From NCBI GenBank assembly GCA_016234115.1, contig JACRHD010000018.1:20724-84723 (forward strand): 64,000 nt of DNA, read 5' to 3'. A program made the translations under genes and the position numbers. The notes below the pieces were generated by a model. It was not told where the DNA came from, searched no databases, and saw only the letters and a program-made list of their open reading frames with translations. Below, in pieces: positions 52,807-62,451 of this stretch (within the stretch, counting starts at the first letter, position 1; every line of letters starts with the position of its first letter). This DNA comes from Nitrospirota bacterium. Its GTDB lineage: Bacteria; Nitrospirota; Thermodesulfovibrionia; UBA6902.

Positions 52807-54081
52807 TTATCCCCTCAGTTCCAGAAATTTATCTTTGTATTTAAAATTCAGAGAAGTATTTACTTCAGTCAGCCCGCTTTTAATAAGATGCGCGTTAATG
52901 AATGTTTTATTCTGCAGATAAAGGTAGCACAACAGATTGCCGCAATCATCATATTTGAAAGTATCAAATTTCAGGAATACCTTTTCGCCTTTCAACTTCG
53001 TCTCTAAAAACTTAAGCGCCTGACCGTTTATCTCCTTCTTCTCCTTAATACCTATTAACCTGACTTTCAGATCGTTATTAAGGATTAAAACTTCAGGGCT
53101 GACTATTTCCTTTACTGAATAGTAAGTTTCTCTTTGATGAGATGAACCGTTGTCTATCTTCGATCCGAATTGCAATTTTTTAGGATCGATCTTCTTGTCA
53201 AACTTAACAGGGTCTTTGAACACATAGGGCAGTTCGCTAATTCTTGTTCTGTAATCGCTTTCTTTCTTTTGTTGAATGATTATCGTAAAGTCTTTTTCAT
53301 TCCTGCGTATCTTTAGCTTTTCCTTAATAACGGGCAGGAACTCTTTATTGACTTCATAGCCGACGGAGTTTCTTCCAAGATTTCTTGCCGCAAGACACGT
53401 TGTCCCGCTTCCAAGAAATGGATCAAGCACTGTATCGCCGACAAAGCTGAACATCCTTATCAACCGCTTCGGCAGCTCTTCGGGAAACATTGCAAGGTGT
53501 TTGTCCTGTTTTTCACCGGCGAAATTCCAGTGACCGTAAAAATACTCATTCCATTCTTTTGTAGTAAGTTTGGATTTTTCTTTTATCTCCCTGCTTACCT
53601 TCGGCGGATCGCCAAGCTTCTTGAAGATTAGAATAAATTCGTAGTCCAACTTGATAATACCGTTCCGTGGGTAAGGAAAAGACCCCATGATCGTCGCGCC
53701 ACCTGTTGTATTACATGTTGTAACCTTTTGCCAGATAATCGCGCCCATGTAATCAAAGCCGATGGTTTCACAGAACTTGATGATCTCCTCTCTTATAGGG
53801 ATGATTTTGTACCTTCCGTAATAGACAGAGCGGGCAAATTGGTCGCCGATGTTTACGCATAAACGGCAGCCGTTATGGAGGACTCTGTAGCATTCGTTCC
53901 AGACAAGGTTCAGATTATTGATGTATTCCTCATAGGTATCATTGAAACCTATCTGGCTTCCGTTACCGTAGTCTTTTAATTGCCAGTAGGGAGGGGAGGT
54001 AATGATGAGATGAACGGATTCATCTTGAAGTTCGGTCATTTGCCGGCTATCGCCGATGGTGATGGTGGTGTTAAGATTCAT
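52807..54081 (-). CDS. N4-cytosine/N6-adenine DNA methyltransferase (beta class) with C-terminal thermonuclease-like domain
   Basis: TSPPY, HLAMFPEELP, DPFLGSGTT; C-terminal VRLIGI, DDCGNLLCYLY, INAHLIKSGL. Confidence 0.88.
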   Translation of the reverse strand: MNLNTTITIGDSRQMTELQDESVHLIITSPPYWQLKDYGNGSQIGFNDTYEEYINNLNLVWNECYRVLHNGCRLCVNIGDQFARSVYYGRYKIIPIREEIIKFCETIGFDYMGAIIWQKVTTCNTTGGATIMGSFPYPRNGIIKLDYEFILIFKKLGDPPKVSREIKEKSKLTTKEWNEYFYGHWNFAGEKQDKHLAMFPEELPKRLIRMFSFVGDTVLDPFLGSGTTCLAARNLGRNSVGYEVNKEFLPVIKEKLKIRRNEKDFTIIIQQKKESDYRTRISELPYVFKDPVKFDKKIDPKKLQFGSKIDNGSSHQRETYYSVKEIVSPEVLILNNDLKVRLIGIKEKKEINGQALKFLETKLKGEKVFLKFDTFKYDDCGNLLCYLYLQNKTFINAHLIKSGLTEVNTSLNFKYKDKFLELRG

Positions 54082-54944
54082 TTCTTACGTTTATACCTTT
54101 CAGGAAGCAATCCTAATGCTCGATTCGCTGGGGGAATAGCATAATCAGTAGATATGGCAGGAAGATCGTTTATTAGTGCCTTATCTAATAATCCTAATCC
54201 AATAGAAGGATTAGAGGCTCGTTTCTTTTCTTGTTGTTCCTTTTCATGTCTGGCTAATTTCCGTCCAATATTAATCAACTGATATCCCCCGTCAATATTT
54301 TGAAGACTTGGACGGTAATATTGAGCAAGTCCTTTTTCAGTAAGATCAATTTTTACAAAGTTGATATCTTGCTCAGACATGTTATATTTTGACTTTAACA
54401 GATTCTTAAATTCAGTATGCGTGATAAAGAAATCGGGTTCAGCGCTGAGATCAAAACAAATCTTTCTAAGTATTTCATCAATTGATTCCGCATATTTTGC
54501 AATATCTATCGCAGGTATTTTTTGTTCTTTCTTTTTGTTGCCAAACCAGCCTGCCAACTTCAAATCTTTGATAAGCACTGTAATAGCCTTAATAATTGAC
54601 CTGATATTGTTACGATCAAACTTTATGTGAGGTTTTTGATCAATGGTTGCGACATTACAGTTTTTCTCTACCAAGTAAATTACCTTTTCGGGTATAAATT
54701 TTTTTGCGAGTCCCATTTCAAGAGAAACGCTTGAGGAAGGGGAGCTTTCGGTCCGAGGAGTAACCAGGAAAATTGCTCCGTCAGCAGAATCAAAAAAATA
54801 TTTTTCTTTATCTTGAAGAGTGTTGCCTCTATTAGGCGCTAAAGGAATCATTTCGATAATTACTTCAAGCTCGTTAAGAAAATCCTTAACGTCTCGTGCT
54901 AAGTCTTCTTCTTGGGTATCATATAAAAGTAGAATATTGTTCAT
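54078..54944 (-). CDS. TIR-like domain protein with unknown C-terminal domain; start placed after RBS ggagg
   Basis: GNTLQDK, DGAIFLVTP, SVSLEMG, VIYLVE resemble the CAP12/PycTIR-type TIR. The first 25 aa of the ORF-track call derive from a palindrome. Confidence 0.6.
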   Translation of the reverse strand: MNNILLLYDTQEEDLARDVKDFLNELEVIIEMIPLAPNRGNTLQDKEKYFFDSADGAIFLVTPRTESSPSSSVSLEMGLAKKFIPEKVIYLVEKNCNVATIDQKPHIKFDRNNIRSIIKAITVLIKDLKLAGWFGNKKKEQKIPAIDIAKYAESIDEILRKICFDLSAEPDFFITHTEFKNLLKSKYNMSEQDINFVKIDLTEKGLAQYYRPSLQNIDGGYQLINIGRKLARHEKEQQEKKRASNPSIGLGLLDKALINDLPAISTDYAIPPANRALGLLPERYKRKK

Positions 54945-54980
54945 GCGTCCTCCTTCTGATGCCTCCCGTTTTGGTAATCT

Positions 54981-55085
54981 AAAAATCTCCACTTCCCCTT
55001 TTTTCAGAGAGGGGATCACACCCCCTTAATCCCCTCTTGATAGAGGGGAGACAAAAAACAGGGACACTATTGCTCGTGTCCCTGG
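54981..55085. repeat. Cluster of CCCC..GGGG and GGGACAC..GTGTCCC palindromes at the cassette edge
   Basis: ccccttttttcagagagggg; cccctcttgatagagggg; agggacactattgctcgtgtccct. Confidence 0.7.
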
Positions 55086-55175
55086 GGGTGCGTTTCTTAT
55101 TGAATGAAGCTTTGTATATGCTATCTGACATTTAATCTATTTCTCTATGCCTCCGTGTCCTCTGTGGTTATTCAG

Positions 55176-57509
55176 CTAACTGCACTTCGTAAACCCGCAG
55201 TCCCTGCACACGGCGCAGCCGCCTTCGTGCTCTACTGCGCCGCCGCAGTCGGGGCAGGCGCCGCAGAAGAGGACGCGCTCTTTTTCTGCGAGCCCGGGCT
55301 TTTCAGCCTCCTTCGCGTGCGAGCCGTTTCCATTGCCGCTGCCGTTACTCTTGTTCCCGACTTCGGCATATCTCTCGATGGCCTTTGATATCGCGTCCGA
55401 GCAGGATGAGATCTTCCCGCCGTTGGCCCATGCGGGGCTGTGGCAACTGATGCCTTTGAGCTGTTTGGCAAGCTCGTCCGGCTCGATGTTGCTTCTGAGG
55501 GCGAGACTGACAAGCCTTCCGATCGCCTCTGCCTGGCTTGAAGCACACCCCCCGGCTTTGCCCATCTGGGTGAACAACTCGAAGAGGTTGCCTTTCTCAT
55601 CTTCATTTATCGTTACATAGAGATTGCCGCATCCCGTCTTCATGAGCCTTGTCGTTCCCTTGATGACCTCGGGGCGTTTCTTGGGGGTGATTTTAACGGG
55701 TTCCTCGGGTCTGGGTTCCACGCTTTGCTGCACATGTTCTGTCCTGGTCTTCCCTGTTGAGAGCACCTGCTCTTCCCTTGAGCCGTCTCTGTAAACAGTG
55801 ACGCCTTTGCAGCCGAGGCCGTACGCAAGGAAATAAACGTCTTCCACGTCCTTGGGAGAGGCGTCGTGGGAGAAGTTCACTGTTTTTGACACGGCGTTGT
55901 CCACGTGCTTCTGGAAGGCGGCCTGTGTCCTTATGTGATCAAGCGGCGATATGTCATGCGCTGTAATGAAGACCTTTTTTACATCGTCAGGGACCTCGTC
56001 GATGCCGTGCAGGCTCCCCTTTTCCGCGATCTTGTCGATAAGCTCCCTGCTCCAGAAGCCCCTTTCTTTCGCGATGCTCTCAAAATGGGGATTGACCTCG
56101 TAGAGTTTTGTGCCCTCAAGGACATTGCGCACAAAGGCCACTGCGAACAACGGCTCTATTCCGCTTGAACAGCCCGCTATGATTGAGAGGGTCCCGGTCG
56201 GCGCAATTGTCGTGGTCGTGGCATTTCTCAGGGGGGTCCTGTCCCTGTAGACGCTTATGTCGAAATTCGGGAAGGTCCCCCGCTCATCAGACAGGAACGA
56301 GGACTGTCTTTTACTTTCCGCATTGATGAATTTCATGACTTCGTTGGCAAGCTTCGCGGCGTCCTCTGAATTGTAAGGTATGCCAAGCTGTATCAGCATA
56401 TCCGCCCACCCCATAACGCCGAGACCTATTTTCCTGTTTGCCTTGGTCGCCTCTTCAATTTTTTTCAGCGGATACTTGTTGATGACTATAACGTTGTCGA
56501 GAAAATGCACGGCGCGATGCACCGTATCCCGCAGGGAGTCCCAGTCTATGTGTGCGTGATAATCCGCAGCGGCCCTGTCGCCTTCCGTATAAGGCGCATT
56601 AGTGACGAATTTTGCGAGGTTGATCGAGCCTAAATTGCAGGACTCGTAAGCAAGAAGAGGCTGCTCCCCGCACGGATTTGTGCTTTCGATCTGTCCGGCC
56701 GAAGGGGTAGGATTGGACTGGTTCATCCTGTCAAGGAATATAATCCCCGGCTCCCCGTTCTTCCATGCGTGCTGCACTATCAGATTGAACACTTCACGCG
56801 CCCTGACCCTGCGCACGGGTTTCTTTGAGTGGGGATTTATCAGGTCGTATTCTTCGTCTCTTTCCACTCCCTTCATGAAGGCGTCGGTTATGCCTACGGA
56901 CAGGTTGAAATTGTTCAGCCTGGAATCGTTGTCTTTTGCGGATATGAAATCGATGATGTCAGGATGGTCCACGCGCAGGATGCCCATGTTTGCGCCTCTC
57001 CTGGTGCCCCCCTGCTTAATTGCCTCTGTCGCCGAATCAAAGACCGTCATGAACGAAATCGGCCCTGAAGAGACCCCCTTGGTCGAGCCGACGATATCGC
57101 CTTTCGGCCTGAGGTTGGAAAATGAAAAACCCGTTCCGCCGCCCGACTTGTGGATCAGGGCCGCATTTTTGACCGCATCGAAAATGGACTCCATTGAATC
57201 ATCCACAGGGAGAACAAAGCACGCCGACAACTGGCCAAGCGACTTTCCGGCGTTCATAAGGGTGGGACTGTTAGGGAGAAACTTCAGAGAGCTCATAAGA
57301 TTGTAAAATCCGTCTTCTACGTATTTGACCTCCGCCTCGGACTTCGCATAATTCAGTTCCACCGATGCGACAGCCCTCGCGACCCTCCTGAAAAGCTCCT
57401 CGGGGGTTTCGACAATCCTGCCCTCTTCGTCTTTTTTCAGATATCTCTTTTCCAGGACTTTTTGAGCGCTTTGTGTCAGGTCGAGTTGAGTTGAGATTGT
57501 CTCCGCCAT
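55176..57509 (-). CDS. nrdJ: Class II (B12-dependent) ribonucleotide reductase with C-terminal TSCPD and Zn-ribbon domains
   Basis: [60 protein letters not shown]...CRDCG. Confidence 0.95.
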   Translation of the reverse strand: MAETISTQLDLTQSAQKVLEKRYLKKDEEGRIVETPEELFRRVARAVASVELNYAKSEAEVKYVEDGFYNLMSSLKFLPNSPTLMNAGKSLGQLSACFVLPVDDSMESIFDAVKNAALIHKSGGGTGFSFSNLRPKGDIVGSTKGVSSGPISFMTVFDSATEAIKQGGTRRGANMGILRVDHPDIIDFISAKDNDSRLNNFNLSVGITDAFMKGVERDEEYDLINPHSKKPVRRVRAREVFNLIVQHAWKNGEPGIIFLDRMNQSNPTPSAGQIESTNPCGEQPLLAYESCNLGSINLAKFVTNAPYTEGDRAAADYHAHIDWDSLRDTVHRAVHFLDNVIVINKYPLKKIEEATKANRKIGLGVMGWADMLIQLGIPYNSEDAAKLANEVMKFINAESKRQSSFLSDERGTFPNFDISVYRDRTPLRNATTTTIAPTGTLSIIAGCSSGIEPLFAVAFVRNVLEGTKLYEVNPHFESIAKERGFWSRELIDKIAEKGSLHGIDEVPDDVKKVFITAHDISPLDHIRTQAAFQKHVDNAVSKTVNFSHDASPKDVEDVYFLAYGLGCKGVTVYRDGSREEQVLSTGKTRTEHVQQSVEPRPEEPVKITPKKRPEVIKGTTRLMKTGCGNLYVTINEDEKGNLFELFTQMGKAGGCASSQAEAIGRLVSLALRSNIEPDELAKQLKGISCHSPAWANGGKISSCSDAISKAIERYAEVGNKSNGSGNGNGSHAKEAEKPGLAEKERVLFCGACPDCGGAVEHEGGCAVCRDCGFTKCS

Positions 57510-57602
57510 AATTCCTCCCTTAATGTAAAATGAAGGTTGTTAATTTATAAGATGTTTTTTAATAATGAATTGCCCTGTATTGACATGATTGGATATTTCA
57601 TA

Positions 57603-57648
57603 CCCCTTATTTAGAGGTTCGTGAAAAATTAAACCACAATATGTTGTA
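57603..57648. promoter_or_regulatory. Tandem NrdR boxes upstream of nrdJ
   Basis: CACAATATGTTGTA (57635-57648) and CCCCTTATTTAGAG (57603-57616), offset 32 bp. Confidence 0.75.
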
Positions 57649-57949
57649 TAGTGTCAAGCGAAAAATGCGTTTTTTACAACTCTTTGATTTTAATAAAAAT
57701 TTATTGTGGAAATCGGGTTGATGAAATGTGAATAGGACAGCGATGAATAAAATGGCCGAAACACCGCATGCGAATACCGGCGGGTTACAAATAATCTCCT
57801 TGCTTTGAAGATGTTTTTCAATTATGCCTCCCACAGTACGATATATTTGTGAATAATCCGGGTTCATTTCAGCTTCCCTTGTGTCAAGTTTTTTGTTCAG
57901 GTAAGATTATCATGCAGGATGTTTTCATATTAACTATGCGCGTAAAAAC

Positions 57950-58687
57950 ATGGACATAAACTCTCTCGGCAGCATAACATTCGACCTTAATTTTCTTACC
58001 GCCCTTGCCAGCATAGTGATAATCGACCTGATCCTGGCAGGGGACAACGCGGTGGTCATCGCAATGGCGGTCCGGTCTCTGCCTGCGGAGCAAAGGAAAA
58101 AGGGGATATTTTACGGGGCGGGCGCCGCTGTATTGCTGCGGGTGATGGCGACCTTTTTTGTGGCGCAGCTTCTGCAGATGAGTTTTATAAAATTAGCCGG
58201 CGGCATACTGATCACCTGGATAGCGGTAAAACTCTTTGTCGAGGGCGTGCCCGAAAATAATATAAAAAAAGAGGCCTCAACAATAGCGCAGGCAGTTAAG
58301 GTCATAGTCATCGCGGACATAACGATGGCCATCGACAACATGCTGGCAGTCGGAGGCGCCTCGCACGGCAACCTGTTTCTGCTCCTCTTTGGTCTGGGGT
58401 TAAGCATTCCCATGGTCGTATTTACGAGCAACCTGCTTTCCACGATGATGGACAAGTACCCTGTGATCATTTACATCGGCGCGGCCGTATTGGGCAAGGT
58501 CGGGGGGGAAATGATAATCACGGACCCTTTCGTCGTAAACATGTTTCAACCGGGCAAGGTGATAAAATACTCCACAGAGGCCGTCTTTGCAATCGGAGTC
58601 ATCTTTGCCGGGAAATATTATATGAAGTGGAAGGTGTCAAGGGAAGAGAGAGAGGAGCATGTTCATGAGAATAATAGTGAACAGTGA
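57950..58687 (+). CDS. TerC family (YjbE-type) membrane protein
   Basis: IDLILAGDNAVVIA, ADITMAIDNMLA, GLGLSIP. Confidence 0.92.
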   Translation: MDINSLGSITFDLNFLTALASIVIIDLILAGDNAVVIAMAVRSLPAEQRKKGIFYGAGAAVLLRVMATFFVAQLLQMSFIKLAGGILITWIAVKLFVEGVPENNIKKEASTIAQAVKVIVIADITMAIDNMLAVGGASHGNLFLLLFGLGLSIPMVVFTSNLLSTMMDKYPVIIYIGAAVLGKVGGEMIITDPFVVNMFQPGKVIKYSTEAVFAIGVIFAGKYYMKWKVSREEREEHVHENNSEQ

Positions 58688-58753
58688 ATAGAATTCGGAT
58701 GAATGAGGCTTTTGCCTGTTTACCGTTCACTATTCACTAACAACTATTCACTA
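58675..58753. repeat. Heptamer inverted repeat (YAGTGAA / TTCACTA) overlapping the terC stop
   Basis: tagtgaacagtgaatag ... cgttcactattcactaacaactattcacta. Confidence 0.85.
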
Positions 58754-58767
58754 ATCAAGGAGACATC

Positions 58768-59565
58768 ATGGCTATATTAACCATATCGAGGGAGTTCGGC
58801 AGCGGCGGCAGGGAAATCGGGCAGGCGGTGGCCTCGCTTCTGAATTATGAGTATGTAAACAAGCAGAGACTATTGGCGGATTTAAAGGCCGTCGGCAGTG
58901 AATGGGAGAAGTGGGGAAGAGAACTCGACGAGCATAGTCCTACTGTATGGGAGAAGTATGACTGGTCGTTCCGGGGTTTTTCCGCGCTGATTCAGAGCGC
59001 CATACTCGACCGCGCGCTTGGAGGGAAAGCGGTGATCATGGGAAGGGGCGGGAATTTTCTGCTCCGCGATATACCGTCTGCGCTGAGGGTGCGCGTCGTC
59101 GCGCCGCTTGAAAAGAGACTTGAGCGGATTATGATGCGTGAATCGGTCGACAGGGACACTGCAAAATGGCTGGCTGAAAAAACAGATAATGAAAGGGCCG
59201 GCTTTATACGCTCAATATACGGCAAAGAGTGGGACGATCCGGATGCATATGACATAGTATTCGATACGGGAAAGCGTAATGAAGAAGAGGTGATAAAGAT
59301 CATAAGAGACAATCTCCTCGAAAAGGAAGAGTCCACGTCCGGGACGGAGACACTGAGGATGCGCGCCGAAGCCGCAAGGGTCAAGGCCGGGCTTCTGACA
59401 AATCCTGAATTATTTATACCGACACTCGATGTCTTTTGTGATGAAGGCGGCATTGTCCTACGAGGTGTCGTACACAGCGCGAAGGAACATAAGGCCGTTG
59501 AAGAAGAGGCGCGGAGACTGGAGAAGGACCTGCCCGTCAGGTGCGAGCTACACTACAGGAAATGA
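58768..59565 (+). CDS. Cytidylate kinase-like family protein with C-terminal BON-like domain
   Basis: ILTISREFGSGG, VIMGRGG, YDIVFDT, C-terminal VLRGVV. Confidence 0.82.
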   Translation: MAILTISREFGSGGREIGQAVASLLNYEYVNKQRLLADLKAVGSEWEKWGRELDEHSPTVWEKYDWSFRGFSALIQSAILDRALGGKAVIMGRGGNFLLRDIPSALRVRVVAPLEKRLERIMMRESVDRDTAKWLAEKTDNERAGFIRSIYGKEWDDPDAYDIVFDTGKRNEEEVIKIIRDNLLEKEESTSGTETLRMRAEAARVKAGLLTNPELFIPTLDVFCDEGGIVLRGVVHSAKEHKAVEEEARRLEKDLPVRCELHYRK

Positions 59566-60398
59566 TGGAGACGGGAAAATTCAACAGGCTGAAGGTCCTC
59601 AGGGAAGTCGATGCGGGGGTGTACCTTGACGACGAAGAACTCGGCGAGATACTCCTGCCGCGCAGTTATGTTCCCGAAGGCTGCAAGACCGGCGATACGG
59701 TCGAGGTCTTTATTTATTACGACTCCGAAGACCGGCTTGTTGCCACTACTGAGCGGCCTTACGCCATGGTCGGCGAATTTGCGTTTCTGAAGGTTGTTGA
59801 AGTTAATCCCGTCGGGGCCTTCCTCGACTGGGGACTGCCAAAAGACCTGCTCGTGCCTTTCAGCGAGCAAAGGCACAGGATGGAAGAGGGCAAATCCTAC
59901 ATCGTCTTCATCTACTTGGACGACAGGACCGGCCGTATCGTCGCTTCCCCGAAATTAAACAAGTTCCTTGACAAACATCTGTTGGAATTTCAGGAAGGGC
60001 AAGGCGTCGAATTGCTCATTTACGACCAGACCGGGATGGGATACAAGGCCATTATCAATAACTCCGGCCGGGGGGTGCTTTATAAGAACGAGGTGTTTCA
60101 GACCTTAAACAAAGGACAACGTATAACCGGTTTTATCAAGAAGGTGCGGGCGGACGGAAAGATAGACCTCCGCCTGCAAAAACCCGGCTATGAAAATATC
60201 GATGACGCAGCAGGGAAAATTATGGACAAGCTTAAGGCGCGGGGCGGGTTTATTGCCGTAACCGACAAAAGCTCTCCTGATATCATCTACGACTTATTCT
60301 GCATGAGCAAGAAAACGTACAAAAAGGCGGCAGGCGCCCTGTACAAAAAACGGCTCATTACTATCGGGAGTAACGGGATAACACTTCTCAGTAAATAG
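59562..60398 (+). CDS. cvfB: S1-domain RNA-binding protein, CvfB/YitL family (start at ATG overlapping the upstream TGA)
   Basis: GVYLD, DSEDRL, GAFLDWGLPKDLLVPFSEQ, SKKTYKKA. Confidence 0.9.
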   Translation: MMETGKFNRLKVLREVDAGVYLDDEELGEILLPRSYVPEGCKTGDTVEVFIYYDSEDRLVATTERPYAMVGEFAFLKVVEVNPVGAFLDWGLPKDLLVPFSEQRHRMEEGKSYIVFIYLDDRTGRIVASPKLNKFLDKHLLEFQEGQGVELLIYDQTGMGYKAIINNSGRGVLYKNEVFQTLNKGQRITGFIKKVRADGKIDLRLQKPGYENIDDAAGKIMDKLKARGGFIAVTDKSSPDIIYDLFCMSKKTYKKAAGALYKKRLITIGSNGITLLSK

Positions 60399-60412
60399 AC
60401 AGGTCCTGCCGG

Positions 60413-60514
60413 CTATTTATTTCGCTTCTTTTCCAGCTTTGCCAGCTTCTTCTCTTTGGCCGTCTTCTGCGGTTTCTTCTTGGACTCTTTTTTTACCTCT
60501 TGCGACTTTGCCAT
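60413..60514 (-). CDS. 33-aa lysine-rich small protein (not in ORF track)
   Basis: RBS aggaggc, then MAKSQEVKKESKKKPQKTAKEKKLAKLEKKRNK-TAG. Confidence 0.7.
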   Translation of the reverse strand: MAKSQEVKKESKKKPQKTAKEKKLAKLEKKRNK

Positions 60515-60553
60515 ATTCGTTGCCTCCTTGGAACATTCAGATTTAAAATAATA

Positions 60554-61042
60554 TCATTTCTCTTTGTAGCTATCAACATCTCTGTAACGAACAGTGAGGC
60601 CTTTGAGGAAATTCCTCAGAAACTGGTCTCCGCATTCTTTATAATTCCTGTGCCCCGCCTTTCTGAACAGCGCGTTCAGTTCATGCCCTGATATATCTAC
60701 CCCGGCCAGATTTAAAACCGCGATCATATCATCCTCTTTCAATTCCAGCGCAATTCTCAGTTTTTTCAGGATGGCATTATTTGTTAAAGGCGAGTCCTGT
60801 TTCTTCGGCTGGTCCGGTGCGGTTTCCTTCCTGCCTCTTTTATGAATAATCAACCCGTCTAAAAAACTTCCCATGACCTTATCGTCGCACTCAACATAAC
60901 CTTCGTCGAATTCTTTTTTAAGAAGGGCGGTCAAAGCGGCCTGATCGAGTTCATGCCCGGCAAGTTTGAATATCCCGATCATCGTTGAGTCGTTGATATC
61001 CAGGGCGTACCGGAGCCTGCGTAGTATGTCGTTGTTTGTCAT
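60554..61042 (-). CDS. yehS: DUF1456 / YehS family protein
   Basis: MTNNDILRRLRYAL, FLDGLI, NNAILKKLRIAL, CGDQFLRNFLKGL. Confidence 0.9.
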   Translation of the reverse strand: MTNNDILRRLRYALDINDSTMIGIFKLAGHELDQAALTALLKKEFDEGYVECDDKVMGSFLDGLIIHKRGRKETAPDQPKKQDSPLTNNAILKKLRIALELKEDDMIAVLNLAGVDISGHELNALFRKAGHRNYKECGDQFLRNFLKGLTVRYRDVDSYKEK

Positions 61043-61081
61043 CGGTTCAAACAGTTCAAGCAGCTCGAACAGGTCAAGCGG
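61043..61081. repeat. Degenerate nonamer array filling the whole aminotransferase-yehS spacer
   Basis: acagttcaa gcagctcga acaggtcaa gcggttaca. Confidence 0.65.
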
Positions 61082-62257
61082 TTACAATATCTTTCTGATC
61101 CTGGAGAACGCCTCTTCTATGATCTCCGGTTCGGGCAGGAACGTGGTCCTGAAGTACACTCCATCTTCCTGTCTGCCGAAGCCTGAGCCGGGGACAAAGA
61201 CGACCCCTTCCTTAAGCGCGGCGCGCACGAATTCGATGTCTTTTTTCCATTTCTTCGTTTCTATCTTTATGAAGGCGTAGAACGCGCCTTTGGGGACAGG
61301 GAATGACAGCGGCAGTTTTCCGGCCATCTTCACGAACGTGTCTCTCCTTTCAAGCAGCTTCTTCCTCTCGTCAGCGACATACTGGGGGTATGACGGATCC
61401 GTTATTGCCGAAGCGGCGGCCTTCTGGTATTCCCAGTTCACGGAGAGGCGCTGATTGCACAACAGGAAGAAGGCATTCTTGACCTCCGACCATTTGTCGC
61501 CGTGAAACGCTACCCATCCTATCCTTGCCCCTGTATAGTTGAAGTCCTTGGAGAGCGAGCTTCCGTATATAAACGGTATCTTGTCCCTCGCCACTTTCCT
61601 GAAGTCTATGTATTTGCCCTCTAATATGAGCTGGTCGTAAGACCCGTCGTAAAATATGGGGACGTCGTACTCGGCGCAGAGCTTTACAACCTCTTCGAGG
61701 TTCTTTTCGGAATAGACGGCCCCCAGAGGATTATTCGGGTTGATTATCACCATGGCCTTTGCGCCCTCGATCTTCTTGGCGAGGTTTGCCACGTCTATCT
61801 GGCCGTCGGCGTCATGTCTGTAAAAGACGCTGTCGCCCTCGAACTGTTTTGCCTTGCTCAGGTAAAGCGGGTATACCGGATTGGGGAGAAGGACCTTCTC
61901 TCCGAATCCTACGAACGAGTGAAAGAAAAAGTCTATCCCTTCGGTGAGGCCCGCGACGGCAAACACGTCCTCAGGCCTGCATTTCTCGATCTTCGCCACC
62001 GCATTTCTGAACTGCTCGTCGCCTTCGGAAGGGGCGTAACCTTTCCAGTTTTCGTCGAGCGCGCTTTTGACGCGTTCAGTTATTACGCTGAAAGGCTGAA
62101 AGCCGTACTGGGGCGGGTCTCCGATGTTGAGGTAAATCATCTTCTTGCCCTTCGCCTCCTCGCGCTTGGCCTCCATAACGATGTCTCTTATCGGGTAGCT
62201 TACAACATTCATCCTCTCCGTCGGCCTGTATGGTAATTGTCTTCTCAGATGTAACAT
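61082..62257 (-). CDS. PLP-dependent aminotransferase class I/II (alanine aminotransferase-like)
   Basis: LNIGDP, GYAPSEG, INPNNPLG, DGSYD, SLSK, GARIGW, GAFY, PGSGFG. Confidence 0.92.
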   Translation of the reverse strand: MLHLRRQLPYRPTERMNVVSYPIRDIVMEAKREEAKGKKMIYLNIGDPPQYGFQPFSVITERVKSALDENWKGYAPSEGDEQFRNAVAKIEKCRPEDVFAVAGLTEGIDFFFHSFVGFGEKVLLPNPVYPLYLSKAKQFEGDSVFYRHDADGQIDVANLAKKIEGAKAMVIINPNNPLGAVYSEKNLEEVVKLCAEYDVPIFYDGSYDQLILEGKYIDFRKVARDKIPFIYGSSLSKDFNYTGARIGWVAFHGDKWSEVKNAFFLLCNQRLSVNWEYQKAAASAITDPSYPQYVADERKKLLERRDTFVKMAGKLPLSFPVPKGAFYAFIKIETKKWKKDIEFVRAALKEGVVFVPGSGFGRQEDGVYFRTTFLPEPEIIEEAFSRIRKIL

Positions 62258-62451
62258 ATCATCATCCTCTTTTTATTTTATGTTTTTCTCTCAAAGGGCG
62301 GGGTTAGAAGATATTGAACTTTGTTATTGATCTTGCCACCCGCTCCATATAGTTTCTATATCTTTAAGAGATAACGATATTATAGCAGGATCTCTGTCTA
62401 AATATTTCGCCGTCCTTTTCTGCCCGATGATATACGAGATGAAAGGCTGAC

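Noticed and set aside
54945-55019. N-terminal 25 aa of the 313-aa ORF-track call
   Set aside because: Derived from a CCCC..GGGG palindrome; a good RBS precedes ATG 54944.
1356-58753. Heptamer/nonamer arrays as CRISPR arrays
   Set aside because: No 23-47 nt repeats separated by unique spacers, and no cas genes.
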